NCBI GenBank assembly: GCA_944377315.1
Contig: CALWEM010000018.1
Span: forward strand, 49,106 to 113,105
Length of the DNA: 64,000 nucleotides
Direction: 5' to 3'
DNA from: an uncultured Clostridia bacterium
Lineage (GTDB): Bacteria > Bacillota > Clostridia > Christensenellales > UBA1242
The number at the start of each line of letters is the position of its first letter. The first letter of the stretch is position 1. Made by a program: the position numbers and the translations under genes. Below the pieces are notes generated by a model. It was given only the letters and a program-made list of their open reading frames with translations. It was not told where the DNA came from and searched no databases. Shown piece after piece: positions 24,771-34,595 of the stretch.

Positions 24771-26504
24771 ATGTTTAAGTTATTAAAGTATTTGAAAAAG
24801 ATTGACTATATCTTTATTGCTGTTATTTTGGGCTTAATCGTTTTGCAGGTTTGGCTGGATTTAACCTTGCCAGACTATATGGCAACCATTCTTTCTCTTC
24901 TTCAAACAGGCGGAGATAATATGGTCAATGAAATTCTTGTCAATGGTGCATATATGCTTGCTTGTGGTGTGGGCAGTTTTCTTTCTGCCATTGCCGTGCA
25001 TTTTTTCATTTCGCAAATTGGGGCACGCTTATCGGCAAGTTTAAGGTTTGCCTTATACGGCAAGATTGAGAGTTTTTCTCTTTCAGAAATGAACAAATTT
25101 TCAACTGACAGCCTTATCACGAGAACAACAAATGATGTCACACAAGTGCAAATGCTCATCACAATGGGAACGCAGTCATTGATTAAAGCACCAATTCTTG
25201 CGATTTGGGCGGTTATCAAAATCATCGGCAAAGGCTGGGAATGGTCGGTGGCAACCGCAGTTGCAGTCGGAGTTTTGATGATAATGTCGCTCATCATTGT
25301 CTTTTTCGCTTTGCCAAAATTCAAGCGTATTCAAACCTTGACGGACAATTTGAATCGTGCGACACGCGAAAATTTGACTGGTATCAGAGTTATTCGTGCC
25401 AACAATGCGGAAAAATATCAAACAGACAAATTCCAAGATTGCAACAGAAAACTCACAAAAAACAACTTGTCTGCCAATCTTATTATGGCGATTATGCAAC
25501 CGGGTATGTCACTTTTGATGACAGGTCTTTCGTTGGCTATTTACTGGATTGGTGCATACATTGTCAAAACTCCAGTTGATGTTTCCAATATGATGGTGTT
25601 CACTTCCTATGCCATTGGAGTGGTGGCGGCTTTTATGCTTCTCATCATCACTTTCATAATTCTTCCAAGAGCGCTTGTTTCGGCAAGGCGTATTAATGAA
25701 GTTTTGGAAACGAAAAATTCGATTATTTCAGGCGAAAAAACAACTGGTGAAAATAAAGAAAAAGATTATGTTGTTTTCAAAGATGTTTCTTTCAAATATC
25801 CAGACGCCAACGAATATGTTTTGAAAGATATTTCATTCAAAGTCAACAAAGGCGAAACAGTGGCATTTATTGGTTCAACAGGAAGCGGGAAAAGCACTCT
25901 TATCAATCTCATTCCACGCTTGTATGATGTCACAGAAGGCGAAGTTTTGATTGATGGCATCAATGTCAAAGACTATGACTCAAAACTTTTGAACAAGAAA
26001 ATTGGCTACACGCCACAGCGTGGTGTTTTGTTCAGTGGAACAGTCAAGTCGAATGTCAATTTCGGCGATAATGAAGCTTGTGATGAAACCATCAAAAAGT
26101 CTTTGAGTATTGCACAAGCTTCAAATTTTGTCAGCCGAATGGAAGGTGGTGTGGACGGCAGAATTTCACAAGGCGGAACAAATGTTTCAGGTGGACAAAA
26201 ACAAAGATTATCCATTGCGCGTGCCGTGGCAAGAAAACCAGAAATCTTTATTTTCGATGACAGTTTTTCTGCACTTGACTTTAAGACGGACAAAAAACTG
26301 CGAATGGCATTAAACAAGCACACGGAAGGAATAACCAAGTTTATTGTGGCTCAAAGAATTGGAACAATCAAAGACGCCGACAAAATTATTGTGCTGGAAA
26401 GCGGTGAAATGGTGGGTATTGGCAAGCACGAAGAACTTTTGAAGACTTGTCCAATATATAAAGAAATCGCTCTTTCACAATTATCAGAGGAGGAACTGCA
26501 ATGA
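24771..26504 (+). CDS. ABC exporter permease/ATPase subunit A (type I exporter fold, degenerate-site half)
   Basis: 6-TM domain plus NBD. Walker A GSTGSGKST; signature VSGGQKQR. Walker B is IFIFDD (Asp replaces the catalytic Glu) and the switch is AQR (Gln replaces His). Confidence 0.9.
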   Translation: MFKLLKYLKKIDYIFIAVILGLIVLQVWLDLTLPDYMATILSLLQTGGDNMVNEILVNGAYMLACGVGSFLSAIAVHFFISQIGARLSASLRFALYGKIESFSLSEMNKFSTDSLITRTTNDVTQVQMLITMGTQSLIKAPILAIWAVIKIIGKGWEWSVATAVAVGVLMIMSLIIVFFALPKFKRIQTLTDNLNRATRENLTGIRVIRANNAEKYQTDKFQDCNRKLTKNNLSANLIMAIMQPGMSLLMTGLSLAIYWIGAYIVKTPVDVSNMMVFTSYAIGVVAAFMLLIITFIILPRALVSARRINEVLETKNSIISGEKTTGENKEKDYVVFKDVSFKYPDANEYVLKDISFKVNKGETVAFIGSTGSGKSTLINLIPRLYDVTEGEVLIDGINVKDYDSKLLNKKIGYTPQRGVLFSGTVKSNVNFGDNEACDETIKKSLSIAQASNFVSRMEGGVDGRISQGGTNVSGGQKQRLSIARAVARKPEIFIFDDSFSALDFKTDKKLRMALNKHTEGITKFIVAQRIGTIKDADKIIVLESGEMVGIGKHEELLKTCPIYKEIALSQLSEEELQ

Positions 26505-28291
26505 GAGGTGGAAGAATGATAGCAGGTGAAAAACCGGCAAAAGGTATGTTTAAGAAATCAATGCTTAAACTTTTGAAATATTGTAAAAGATATTATGGTG
26601 TGATGATTTTGGCAATTTTGCTGGGTGTGCTTTCGGTGGTTTGCCAAATCATCTCTCCAAGCAAACTCGGCGACTTGACCGAAGTTATCACAGGTGGAAT
26701 TGCCACAAACACACCAATAGACCTTGACAGAGTGACAAGTTTGGCACTTCTCATTCTGACGCTGGCTCTTATAATGGCAATTTTCAATTATTTCCAACAA
26801 TTTATTATGGCAACCACGACACAGAAAATTGTTTACAGTTTTAGACGAGATATTTCTCTTAAAATCAACAAATTGCCATTGAAGTATTTTGACACACACC
26901 TATATGGTGACACATTGAGTCGTGTGACCAACGATGTTGACACAATCGGGCAATCCTTGAACCAATCCATTGCTTCGCTTTTTTCCAATGTCATCTTGTT
27001 TGTGGGCGTTGTGATTGCGATGTTTGTAACGCAGTGGATAATGGCTTTCACGGTTATTGTTGCCACCATTTTTGGCTTTCTCATTATGCTTGTCTTTTTG
27101 ACCAAGTCACAAAAATATTTCAATATGCAACAGAAGGATTTGGGGGATTTGGAAGCACATATTGAAGAAGTGTATGCTGGTCACAATGTTGTCAAACTTT
27201 TCAATGCTGAAGAGAGTGAAGGTGAAGAATTTAAAAGAATTAACAAAAAACTTTATAAAAGCGCGTGGAAATCTCAATTTTTGTCAGGCTCAATGATGCC
27301 ATCGATGAATTTTGTTGGTAGTTTTGCGTTTGTGATGGTGTGTATTGTGGGTGCAATTCTTTTCACAAACGGTATCATCGGATTAGGACCGATTGCCACA
27401 TTTATGATATACGCTCGTATGTTCACCAACCCACTCTCTCAAATCGCTCAATCGTTGACCAGTTTGCAATCAACTTCGGCAGCAAGTAATCGTGTGTTTG
27501 AATTTTTGGAAGAAAGCGAGCTTGAAGATGAAAGTGACAAAACACTTAAACTTGAAGAAGTGAAAGGCAATATTGAGTTTGAAAATGTCAAATTTGGCTA
27601 CAATAAAGACAAAGTCATCATTCACGACTTTTCAGTCAGCGTGAAAGCAGGACAAAAAGTGGCGATTGTCGGGCCAACAGGTGCTGGGAAAACCACTCTT
27701 GTCAATCTTTTGATGCGTTTCTATGAAATTGATGATGGCTACATAAAAATTGACGGAGTTTCCATCAAGGATTTGACGCGTGAGAATATTCACGACCTTT
27801 TTGGTATGGTGCTTCAAGACACTTGGCTTTTTGAAGGAACAATCAAAGAAAACTTGCGATACAACAAAACAAATGTTTCTGATGAAGATATTGTGGAAGC
27901 GTGCAAGAGCGTGGGTGTTGACCACTTCATTCAAACTTTGTCAAATGGATACGACACTGTGGTGGACGACACAATCAATCTTTCAGCCGGTCAAAAACAG
28001 CTGTTGACGATTGCAAGAACAATGGTGGCAAACAACCCAATGCTGATTTTGGATGAAGCGACAAGTTCGGTAGATACGAGAACGGAAGAACTCATCCAAA
28101 AAGCGATGGATAAACTTATGGAAAACAGAACTTCGTTCATTATTGCTCACCGCCTTTCCACCATCAAAAATGCCGATATAATTTTGGTGCTTAAAGATGG
28201 TGATGTGATTGAAAAAGGAAAACACGAAGAACTTATGGCAAAAAATGGCTTTTATGCTGACCTATATAACAGCCAATTTTCAGAGAATTAA
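26501..28291 (+). CDS. ABC exporter permease/ATPase subunit B (consensus-site half)
   Basis: ATGA overlap with subunit A and RBS gaggagg. Walker A GPTGAGKTT, Walker B LILDEATS, switch AHR. The signature LSAGQKQ is deviant. Confidence 0.9.
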   Translation: MRGGRMIAGEKPAKGMFKKSMLKLLKYCKRYYGVMILAILLGVLSVVCQIISPSKLGDLTEVITGGIATNTPIDLDRVTSLALLILTLALIMAIFNYFQQFIMATTTQKIVYSFRRDISLKINKLPLKYFDTHLYGDTLSRVTNDVDTIGQSLNQSIASLFSNVILFVGVVIAMFVTQWIMAFTVIVATIFGFLIMLVFLTKSQKYFNMQQKDLGDLEAHIEEVYAGHNVVKLFNAEESEGEEFKRINKKLYKSAWKSQFLSGSMMPSMNFVGSFAFVMVCIVGAILFTNGIIGLGPIATFMIYARMFTNPLSQIAQSLTSLQSTSAASNRVFEFLEESELEDESDKTLKLEEVKGNIEFENVKFGYNKDKVIIHDFSVSVKAGQKVAIVGPTGAGKTTLVNLLMRFYEIDDGYIKIDGVSIKDLTRENIHDLFGMVLQDTWLFEGTIKENLRYNKTNVSDEDIVEACKSVGVDHFIQTLSNGYDTVVDDTINLSAGQKQLLTIARTMVANNPMLILDEATSSVDTRTEELIQKAMDKLMENRTSFIIAHRLSTIKNADIILVLKDGDVIEKGKHEELMAKNGFYADLYNSQFSEN

Positions 28292-28359
28292 CAATTTTTA
28301 TTTTAAAAGAATAATTCAGAACATTTTTCACACAATAATTTCCGAATTGGAGGTGAAAA

Positions 28360-28929
28360 ATGTTAACAAAAATATTTTTTTCGTTTTTGGGGTTACCGAT
28401 GATTTTTAATTCAATGTTCAATTTTGTCGACCTAATCTCTTATGCACAAATGAATTTGATATACAACAGCGAGATTTTGGAGATAACAGAAGAAGACAAA
28501 TCAAAAATTCAAGCTGAAATTGTGAAATATCTTGAGAACTCATATGACAGCCCGGCTCTTGCTGTGACTTTTCCTGAATTTTACAAGGAAATGCTTAAAG
28601 ATGGCTACTTTCTCAATTTCAAATTTGGGAAAACAATCGAATTTAATGGTATGCCATTCAATGAAATCACCATAAAAGTGGACAGAGATATGTTTGGTTT
28701 TAACATTTTCCGTGGCAATGACGGCGTTTTCCAAGGAAGATGCATATATATCAACACAGAAAATTCATCCACTCCACTTTTTGAAGTGATTGAAGACATT
28801 GTCAAGGCGAAAGTGCCAGTTGAAGAAACGGAGGAAGGCAAAGAAGAAGCGTCAAAAGAAATTGAAGAAAATGTTGACGAAGAAAGAGAAAACACCAATC
28901 TAAATTTCGACACCAAATATGATGCATAA
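28360..28929 (+). CDS. Hypothetical protein with acidic C-terminal tail
   Basis: 189-aa ORF with RBS ggaggtg. Hydrophobic N-terminus. No motif recognised. Confidence 0.55.
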   Translation: MLTKIFFSFLGLPMIFNSMFNFVDLISYAQMNLIYNSEILEITEEDKSKIQAEIVKYLENSYDSPALAVTFPEFYKEMLKDGYFLNFKFGKTIEFNGMPFNEITIKVDRDMFGFNIFRGNDGVFQGRCIYINTENSSTPLFEVIEDIVKAKVPVEETEEGKEEASKEIEENVDEERENTNLNFDTKYDA

Positions 28930-28956
28930 AAATTTTTTAAAAAATCTGGTATTTTG

Positions 28957-28986
28957 TTTGACTTATTTTAGCAATATATTATACAA
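28957..28986 (+). promoter_or_regulatory. Putative sigma-A promoter of pflBA
   Basis: TTGACT (28957-28962), 18-bp spacer, TACAAT (28981-28986). Confidence 0.4.
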
Positions 28987-29055
28987 TATATAGACAAAAG
29001 AAGAAAAATCTTCACTATATATTGTATTTTTTATAACAAAGAATACAAGATATAG
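28980..29055 (+). promoter_or_regulatory. Three phased 13-mers ATACAA(T/G)ATATAG (NrdR-box-like) upstream of pflB
   Basis: 28980-28992 (+), 29014-29026 (perfect reverse complement), and 29043-29055 (+, one mismatch). Core centres are spaced 31 and 32 bp apart. Confidence 0.5.
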
Positions 29056-29075
29056 AAAATCACAAAGGAGCGAAA

Positions 29076-31313
29076 ATGAAAGAAGAATTAAAAGAATATT
29101 GGAAAGGTTTTAAACAAGGAAATTGGCAAGAAAATATCGATGTTGCTAATTTTATTGCAAACAATTATAAAGAATATAAAGGTGACGACTCTTTCCTTGC
29201 ACCAATCTCTGAAAAGACCAAAAAAGTTTGGCAAAAGTGCGAAAAATTGCTTGCCGAAGAAGCAAAAAAAGGACTTCTTGATGTTGAACTTGACGCTGTT
29301 TCGGGGATAACAAGTTTTGCACCAGGCTATATTGACAAGAAAAATGAAGTTATTGTTGGACTTCAAACAGACAAACCGCTCAAACGCATTGTGAACCTAT
29401 ATGGTGGGACAAGAATGGCGGACAAAGCCCTTGAAGCATACAACAAACAACTCAATCCAACCATTGAAAAATATTTCAAAGAATTCAGAAAAACTCACAA
29501 TGATGGCGTTTTTGATGCATACACGCCAGAGATTAGACGCGCAAGAAAGGCGGGACTTTTGACAGGATTACCTGATGCATATGGGCGTGGAAGAATTATT
29601 GGTGACTATCGCCGTGTGGCTTTATATGGCATTGATGCACTCATTGATTTCAAAGAAAAAGATTATGCTCAAATTGATGTTTCAAGCGAAGAAAACATTC
29701 GTCTTCGTGAAGAAGTGAGAGAACAAATCAAGGCTTTGACAAAAATTAAAGAAATGGCTCAAACTTATGGTTTTGACATCTCAAAACCAGCCAAAACAGC
29801 ACAAGAAGCTTTCCAGTGGCTGTATTTTGCATATCTTGCTGGTGTCAAAGAAGATAATGGTGCGGCAATGAGTTTGGGACGCACTTCCACCTTCCTTGAC
29901 ATATATTTGGAACGCGATATGAAAGAAAATGGCTTGACTGAAGAAGAAGCACAAGAACTTGTCGACCAATTTATCATCAAACTTCGACTTGTGCGACACT
30001 TGAGAACGCCAGAATATGATGAAATTTTTGCTGGTGACCCAACTTGGGTAACTGAAAGTGTGGGCGGAATGCTTGATGAAAGCAAGAGTTTGGTGACCAA
30101 AAATTCTTTCAGATATCTTCACTCATTAATCAATCTAAATCCGTCTCCAGAACCAAACTTGACGGTTTTGTATTCCAACAAATTACCACTTAATTTCCGC
30201 AAATTCTGCGCAAAAATTTCCATTTTGACGGATGCGATTCAATATGAAGGTGATGAAGTTATGCGACCAATTTATGGCAGCGACTATGCCATTGCTTGCT
30301 GTGTTTCAGCGATGAAAGTTGGCAAACAAATGCAATTTTTTGGTGCAAGATGCAATTTAGCAAAAACTCTTTTATATGCTCTCAATGGTGGTGTGGATGA
30401 AAAATCCGGTGTTTTGGTGGTGGAAGGCTTAAAGAAAAACACTGAAAAAGTTTTAACTTTTGACAAAGTTTGGAAAAGTTATCAAAAAACAATGGAATTG
30501 GTGGCAAAAACTTATGTCGATGCGATGAATATTATCCACTATATGCACGATAAATACGCCTATGAAGCCGCACAAATGGCACTTCACGACACAAAAGTGG
30601 AAAGATTGATGGCGTTCGGTGTCGCTGGTTTCTCTGTTGCTGTTGATTCGCTTTCAGCAATCAAGTATGCCAAGGTGAAACCAATAAGAAATGAACAAGG
30701 CGTGATTGTTGATTTTGAGACCGAAGGTGATTTTCCAAAATATGGCAATGATGATGACAGAGTTGACGAGATTGGTGTGCAACTTGTGAAATATTTTTAT
30801 AATTGCTTGAAGAAATATAAACTCTATCGTGGAGCGAAACACACTCTCTCACTTTTGACCATCACTTCAAATGTTATGTATGGCAAAAAGACTGGAACAA
30901 CGCCAGACGGCAGAAAGCAAGGCGAACCTTTTGCGCCGGGTGCAAACCCAATGCACGAACGCGATTGCTCGGGTGCGCTTGCATCGCTTAATTCAGTGGC
31001 AAAAATCCCATATTGTGACTGCTGTCAAGATGGAATTTCCAACACTTTTTCCATTGTTCCGGACGCACTTGGAAAGGATGAAAAGTCAAGAATCAAAAAT
31101 CTTGTGGATGTTCTTGATGGCTATTTTGTCCAAAAGGCACAACATATCAATGTCAATGTCTTAAATCGTGACCTTTTGATTGATGCAATGAACAATCCTT
31201 GGAAATATCCAAATTTGACAATCAGGGTTTCAGGATATGCTGTGAACTTCAACAAACTTTCACGAGCACACCAAGAAGAAGTGATAAAGAGAACTTTCCA
31301 CACTTCAAGATAG
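29076..31313 (+). CDS. pflB: Pyruvate formate-lyase (formate C-acetyltransferase)
   Basis: Active-site Cys pair [11 protein letters not shown] and glycyl-radical motif [10 protein letters not shown]. 745 aa. Confidence 0.97.
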   Translation: MKEELKEYWKGFKQGNWQENIDVANFIANNYKEYKGDDSFLAPISEKTKKVWQKCEKLLAEEAKKGLLDVELDAVSGITSFAPGYIDKKNEVIVGLQTDKPLKRIVNLYGGTRMADKALEAYNKQLNPTIEKYFKEFRKTHNDGVFDAYTPEIRRARKAGLLTGLPDAYGRGRIIGDYRRVALYGIDALIDFKEKDYAQIDVSSEENIRLREEVREQIKALTKIKEMAQTYGFDISKPAKTAQEAFQWLYFAYLAGVKEDNGAAMSLGRTSTFLDIYLERDMKENGLTEEEAQELVDQFIIKLRLVRHLRTPEYDEIFAGDPTWVTESVGGMLDESKSLVTKNSFRYLHSLINLNPSPEPNLTVLYSNKLPLNFRKFCAKISILTDAIQYEGDEVMRPIYGSDYAIACCVSAMKVGKQMQFFGARCNLAKTLLYALNGGVDEKSGVLVVEGLKKNTEKVLTFDKVWKSYQKTMELVAKTYVDAMNIIHYMHDKYAYEAAQMALHDTKVERLMAFGVAGFSVAVDSLSAIKYAKVKPIRNEQGVIVDFETEGDFPKYGNDDDRVDEIGVQLVKYFYNCLKKYKLYRGAKHTLSLLTITSNVMYGKKTGTTPDGRKQGEPFAPGANPMHERDCSGALASLNSVAKIPYCDCCQDGISNTFSIVPDALGKDEKSRIKNLVDVLDGYFVQKAQHINVNVLNRDLLIDAMNNPWKYPNLTIRVSGYAVNFNKLSRAHQEEVIKRTFHTSR

Positions 31314-31321
31314 GATGAAAA

Positions 31322-32023
31322 ATGGTTAAAGGAAATATCGATAGTTTTGAAAGTATGGGGCTGGTGGACGGACCGGGCGTGAGATTTGTGGTGTTTATGC
31401 AGGGCTGTCCGCTTCGTTGTGCCTACTGTCATAATCCAGAAACTTGGTCTGATGAAAAGAAAATTCAAATCACACCAGAAGAATTGGTGCAGAAAATTTT
31501 GAGATACAGAACATATTTTGGTGAAGATGGCGGGGTGACATTTTCAGGCGGAGAGCCTTTGCATCAGCCGGAATTTTTGCTGGAAGCGTTGAAAGAGTGC
31601 AAAAAATATAATATTCACACCTGCCTTGACACTTCTGGTGCAGGAGAAGAATACGATGAGATTTTGGACTATTGCGATTTGGTAATTTTGGATGTTAAAG
31701 AACTTGATGAAGAAAAATATAAGAAATTGACCGGGAAAAGTATGGATTGGTTCAAAAAATTCCTTGCTCTTTGCCAGAAAAAAGAAAAAAAATTGTGGTT
31801 AAGACAAGTGATTGTGCCGGGCTATAATGACACCGAAGAAAATGTTTTGAAATTGAAAGAGTTTGCTTCTCATCTAAAAAATGTTGAAAAGATTGAATTG
31901 TTGCCTTATCACAGTATGGCAAAAGAAAAGTATAAAAAATTGGGAATAGAATATCGACTGGAAAATGTTTTGGATATGAACAAAGAAAGATGTAAGGAAC
32001 TTGAAAAAATGCTGAAAGATTAG
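31322..32023 (+). CDS. pflA: Pyruvate formate-lyase activating enzyme (radical SAM)
   Basis: GCPLRCAYCHNPE and FSGGEPL. 233 aa, immediately downstream of pflB. Confidence 0.95.
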   Translation: MVKGNIDSFESMGLVDGPGVRFVVFMQGCPLRCAYCHNPETWSDEKKIQITPEELVQKILRYRTYFGEDGGVTFSGGEPLHQPEFLLEALKECKKYNIHTCLDTSGAGEEYDEILDYCDLVILDVKELDEEKYKKLTGKSMDWFKKFLALCQKKEKKLWLRQVIVPGYNDTEENVLKLKEFASHLKNVEKIELLPYHSMAKEKYKKLGIEYRLENVLDMNKERCKELEKMLKD

Positions 32024-32173
32024 TTGGCATTTTTTCTTTTAAAACTTAAAAACACCAAAAATTGCATAAAAAACAAGTTTTTTGGGGTTTTTTTATTTAT
32101 TTTTAACATTTTTTCAATCATTTTTATTAAAAGCGGAAAGGTTAAGATATGAAAAATTGGCAAAACTTTTTTT

Positions 32174-32845
32174 GTGGATTATTTACTAATTTTCATTGTT
32201 CTTATTTGTGCCTTGATTGGTTATATAAAAGGATTGACAAAAATGTTCCTTTCGTTTTTTGGAATAACTTTTGTCATTTTGCTGTCTTTTCTAATTTCAA
32301 AAAATGTTGATAACCTTTTTGGATTATGTGACACCTTGAAAGTATTTTTTCAAAAAATGTTTGACGGATTGAGTGTTGAGAAGTTTGAAAATGGCGAAGA
32401 TGTCTTTAATGCTGTCAATAATCTTGAACTTAACTTTATTTTTACTGCAGTGCTTAAAAGCATTTTGAAGAATGTTACATTTTCAAGTGGTGCGACTTTG
32501 GGACAAATTTTTTCACCGACATTAAGCGTGGTCACTTACAGAATTCTTCTTTTTGGAATATCGTTTGTCTTTTTGCTTGTTTTCATAAAATTGATTGAAG
32601 TTTCATTGAGTTTTATAATAAAAAAGACAGGACTTTCGCCTGTCAATCGTTTTTTGGGGTTATTGTTCGGTATTTTTAAAGGAATGATTGTCAGTTCGGT
32701 CGTCTTTTTAGTTTTGTCAACAATTGCAAGTGCAGGGTTGAGTGAAAACTTGACTAACTTCATTAACCACAGTTATCTTTCAAATTACCTATATGAAAAT
32801 TACATTATCTCAATATTCAACTCGTTATATTCATTCTTGTCATAA
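32174..32845 (+). CDS. CvpA-family-like integral membrane protein
   Basis: GTG start with uncertain position and a weak RBS. N-terminus DYLLIFIVLICALIGYIKGL plus 4-5 TM helices resembles CvpA family organisation. Confidence 0.5.
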   Translation: MDYLLIFIVLICALIGYIKGLTKMFLSFFGITFVILLSFLISKNVDNLFGLCDTLKVFFQKMFDGLSVEKFENGEDVFNAVNNLELNFIFTAVLKSILKNVTFSSGATLGQIFSPTLSVVTYRILLFGISFVFLLVFIKLIEVSLSFIIKKTGLSPVNRFLGLLFGIFKGMIVSSVVFLVLSTIASAGLSENLTNFINHSYLSNYLYENYIISIFNSLYSFLS

Positions 32846-33078
32846 TTTTGACTTATTGAAGGGATGTTGTTGATATCATCTTTTGTGGAATCAATTTTGT
32901 TGTTATAGACGATGATAAGGATAATTTCAATGATAAGAGCAATCGTTAAAATTACAAGCAAAATTATGGAAAAAATTTTGAAAAAACTATTTTTACCTGC
33001 TTTTTTGGGAGTTTTTTCAATATTTTCTTCATTTTTTACTATTTCTTCGATTTTTTCTTTTTCCAATTTTATTTTCAT
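32800..33078 (-). CDS. Small single-pass membrane protein in the position of divIC/ftsB after yabPQ (function unproven)
   Basis: 92-aa ORF with one TM (FFKIFSIILLVILTIALIIEIILIIVY). It overlaps yabQ by 50 nt and the convergent cvpA-like gene by 46 nt, so the boundaries are doubtful. Confidence 0.4.
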   Translation of the reverse strand: MKIKLEKEKIEEIVKNEENIEKTPKKAGKNSFFKIFSIILLVILTIALIIEIILIIVYNNKIDSTKDDINNIPSISQNYDKNEYNELNIEIM

Positions 33079-33409
33079 AAAAATTTTTTAATCCTTTATT
33101 AATCTTATTATAGCAAATTAACAAGGATTTTTCAAGCAAATTTCCAATAAATAATCTTTCGATGCCAAGGGAAAGAAAAAAGGTTGAAAGGGTGTAAAAT
33201 CTAAATTCGCCGTAATTAAACTTCAAATTAATAATAAAAAAAATAAAAATTACTGAAAAAACACAGAAAAAAGTTAAAAAATACTCAAAAAATTGATTTT
33301 TTATTATATTTTTCACTATTTTTTTAAAATCAAAAATAATTCCTGATAAAAAACCAAATAAAACCACAAGAAAAAATATTCGTGGTTGGGAAAGTGATTC
33401 ATAAAGCAT
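33029..33409 (-). CDS. yabQ: Spore cortex biosynthesis protein YabQ-like membrane protein
   Basis: Follows yabP with a TAATG overlap. Multi-TM, with the YabQ-like pattern NYGEFRFYTLSTFFLSLG. Confidence 0.65.
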   Translation of the reverse strand: MLYESLSQPRIFFLVVLFGFLSGIIFDFKKIVKNIIKNQFFEYFLTFFCVFSVIFIFFIINLKFNYGEFRFYTLSTFFLSLGIERLFIGNLLEKSLLICYNKINKGLKNFYENKIGKRKNRRNSKK

Positions 33410-33660
33410 TATTTAAAAATCCTTTTGAGAAAAGGAATCTTTTCTTTTTTTGTCATATACTTAAAGGAATTTATTTTACCGCAAAAACAAACTTCTTTGT
33501 CTTCAAGGTTAAGTTTTTTGACTTCCAAATTACTTCCAGAAATCACAAGTTGCGTGTCGCCAACTTCGACCACTGCTTGATTTGTTGTTGAAGAAATAAC
33601 CTTGGTTGCTCCAAAGATAATCATATTTTTGCGATTTTCAAGTGTGATTTTTTCTTCCAT
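33409..33660 (-). CDS. yabP: Sporulation protein YabP
   Basis: ITLENRKNMIIFGATKVISSTTNQAVVEVGDTQLVISGSNLEVKKLNLEDKEV matches the YabP pattern (l.l.nR..l.i.G...V.sf......l.T..g.L.I.G.nL.i..L.le). 83 aa. Confidence 0.75.
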   Translation of the reverse strand: MEEKITLENRKNMIIFGATKVISSTTNQAVVEVGDTQLVISGSNLEVKKLNLEDKEVCFCGKINSFKYMTKKEKIPFLKRIFK

Positions 33661-33755
33661 ATATTCTCCTTGATAAAAGATATGCTGTAAATTTTGATAT
33701 TATGAGTTTAAAGTTTGCGAAATTTCTTGAATAAAATGAAAAAATATATTAAAAT

Positions 33756-34571
33756 ATGGCTATGATAAAGAAAGAGATTGAAGTTCAGAAAGCAAAGAAA
33801 ATTTTGGAAGTTGTGGTGGACAATGGCTTTTCATATTCTTTTGCACAAAAACTTTTGAGAAACAAGGATATTAAACTTAATGGCAGAACTTGCAAAGAAA
33901 ATGTCAAAACAGAAGTTGGCGATGTTGTCACCTGTTATTATAAAGAAGAAGTCAAACCATTTGAAGTTGTGTTTGAAGATGATGAATGCGTGATTGTCAA
34001 CAAGTTTTCAAATGTTGAAGTGGAAGGCGGTGTGGACAAACTTTTGGGGGCTTATGCTGTCCACAGGCTGGACAGAAACACAGAAGGCTTGTTGATACTT
34101 GCAAAAACAAGTGAAGCAAAAACAAAACTTTTTGATGCTTTCAAAAATCACTGGGTGAGAAAGTTTTATTTGACCGAAGTGGTTGGAGAATTCAAGGTGG
34201 ATAAACTTTTCCGTGCGTATCTTGTGAAAGACGCAGTGAAAAAAGAAGTGAAAATTTTTCCAAACAAGGTTTCAAATTCGCATCTAATTGAAACATATAT
34301 CAGAACTTTGAAGTCGAACAAAGAGAGCAGTCTTTTGGAAGTGGAAATTATTGGTGGGAAAACTCATCAAATCCGCGCTCATCTTGCATATCTGGGGCAT
34401 CCAATCATTGGTGATGGGAAGTATGGAAGAAGGGAAGATTTGAAGCGGTTTAAAGAGAAAACCCAAAAACTTTTTGCATATAAATTATCCTTCAAAAAAG
34501 TGGGCTTGAAAGGAATTGATGGCAAGGAATTTAAGATTTTGCCAAAATGGCTGGAAGGTGTGACAATTTAA
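33756..34571 (+). CDS. RluA-family pseudouridine synthase (with S4-like N-terminus)
   Basis: Catalytic motif HRLDRNTEGLLILAK; also GKTHQIRAHLAYLGHPIIGDGKYG. Confidence 0.9.
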   Translation: MAMIKKEIEVQKAKKILEVVVDNGFSYSFAQKLLRNKDIKLNGRTCKENVKTEVGDVVTCYYKEEVKPFEVVFEDDECVIVNKFSNVEVEGGVDKLLGAYAVHRLDRNTEGLLILAKTSEAKTKLFDAFKNHWVRKFYLTEVVGEFKVDKLFRAYLVKDAVKKEVKIFPNKVSNSHLIETYIRTLKSNKESSLLEVEIIGGKTHQIRAHLAYLGHPIIGDGKYGRREDLKRFKEKTQKLFAYKLSFKKVGLKGIDGKEFKILPKWLEGVTI

Positions 34572-34595
34572 TAACTTTTTTCATATCTATAAAAT

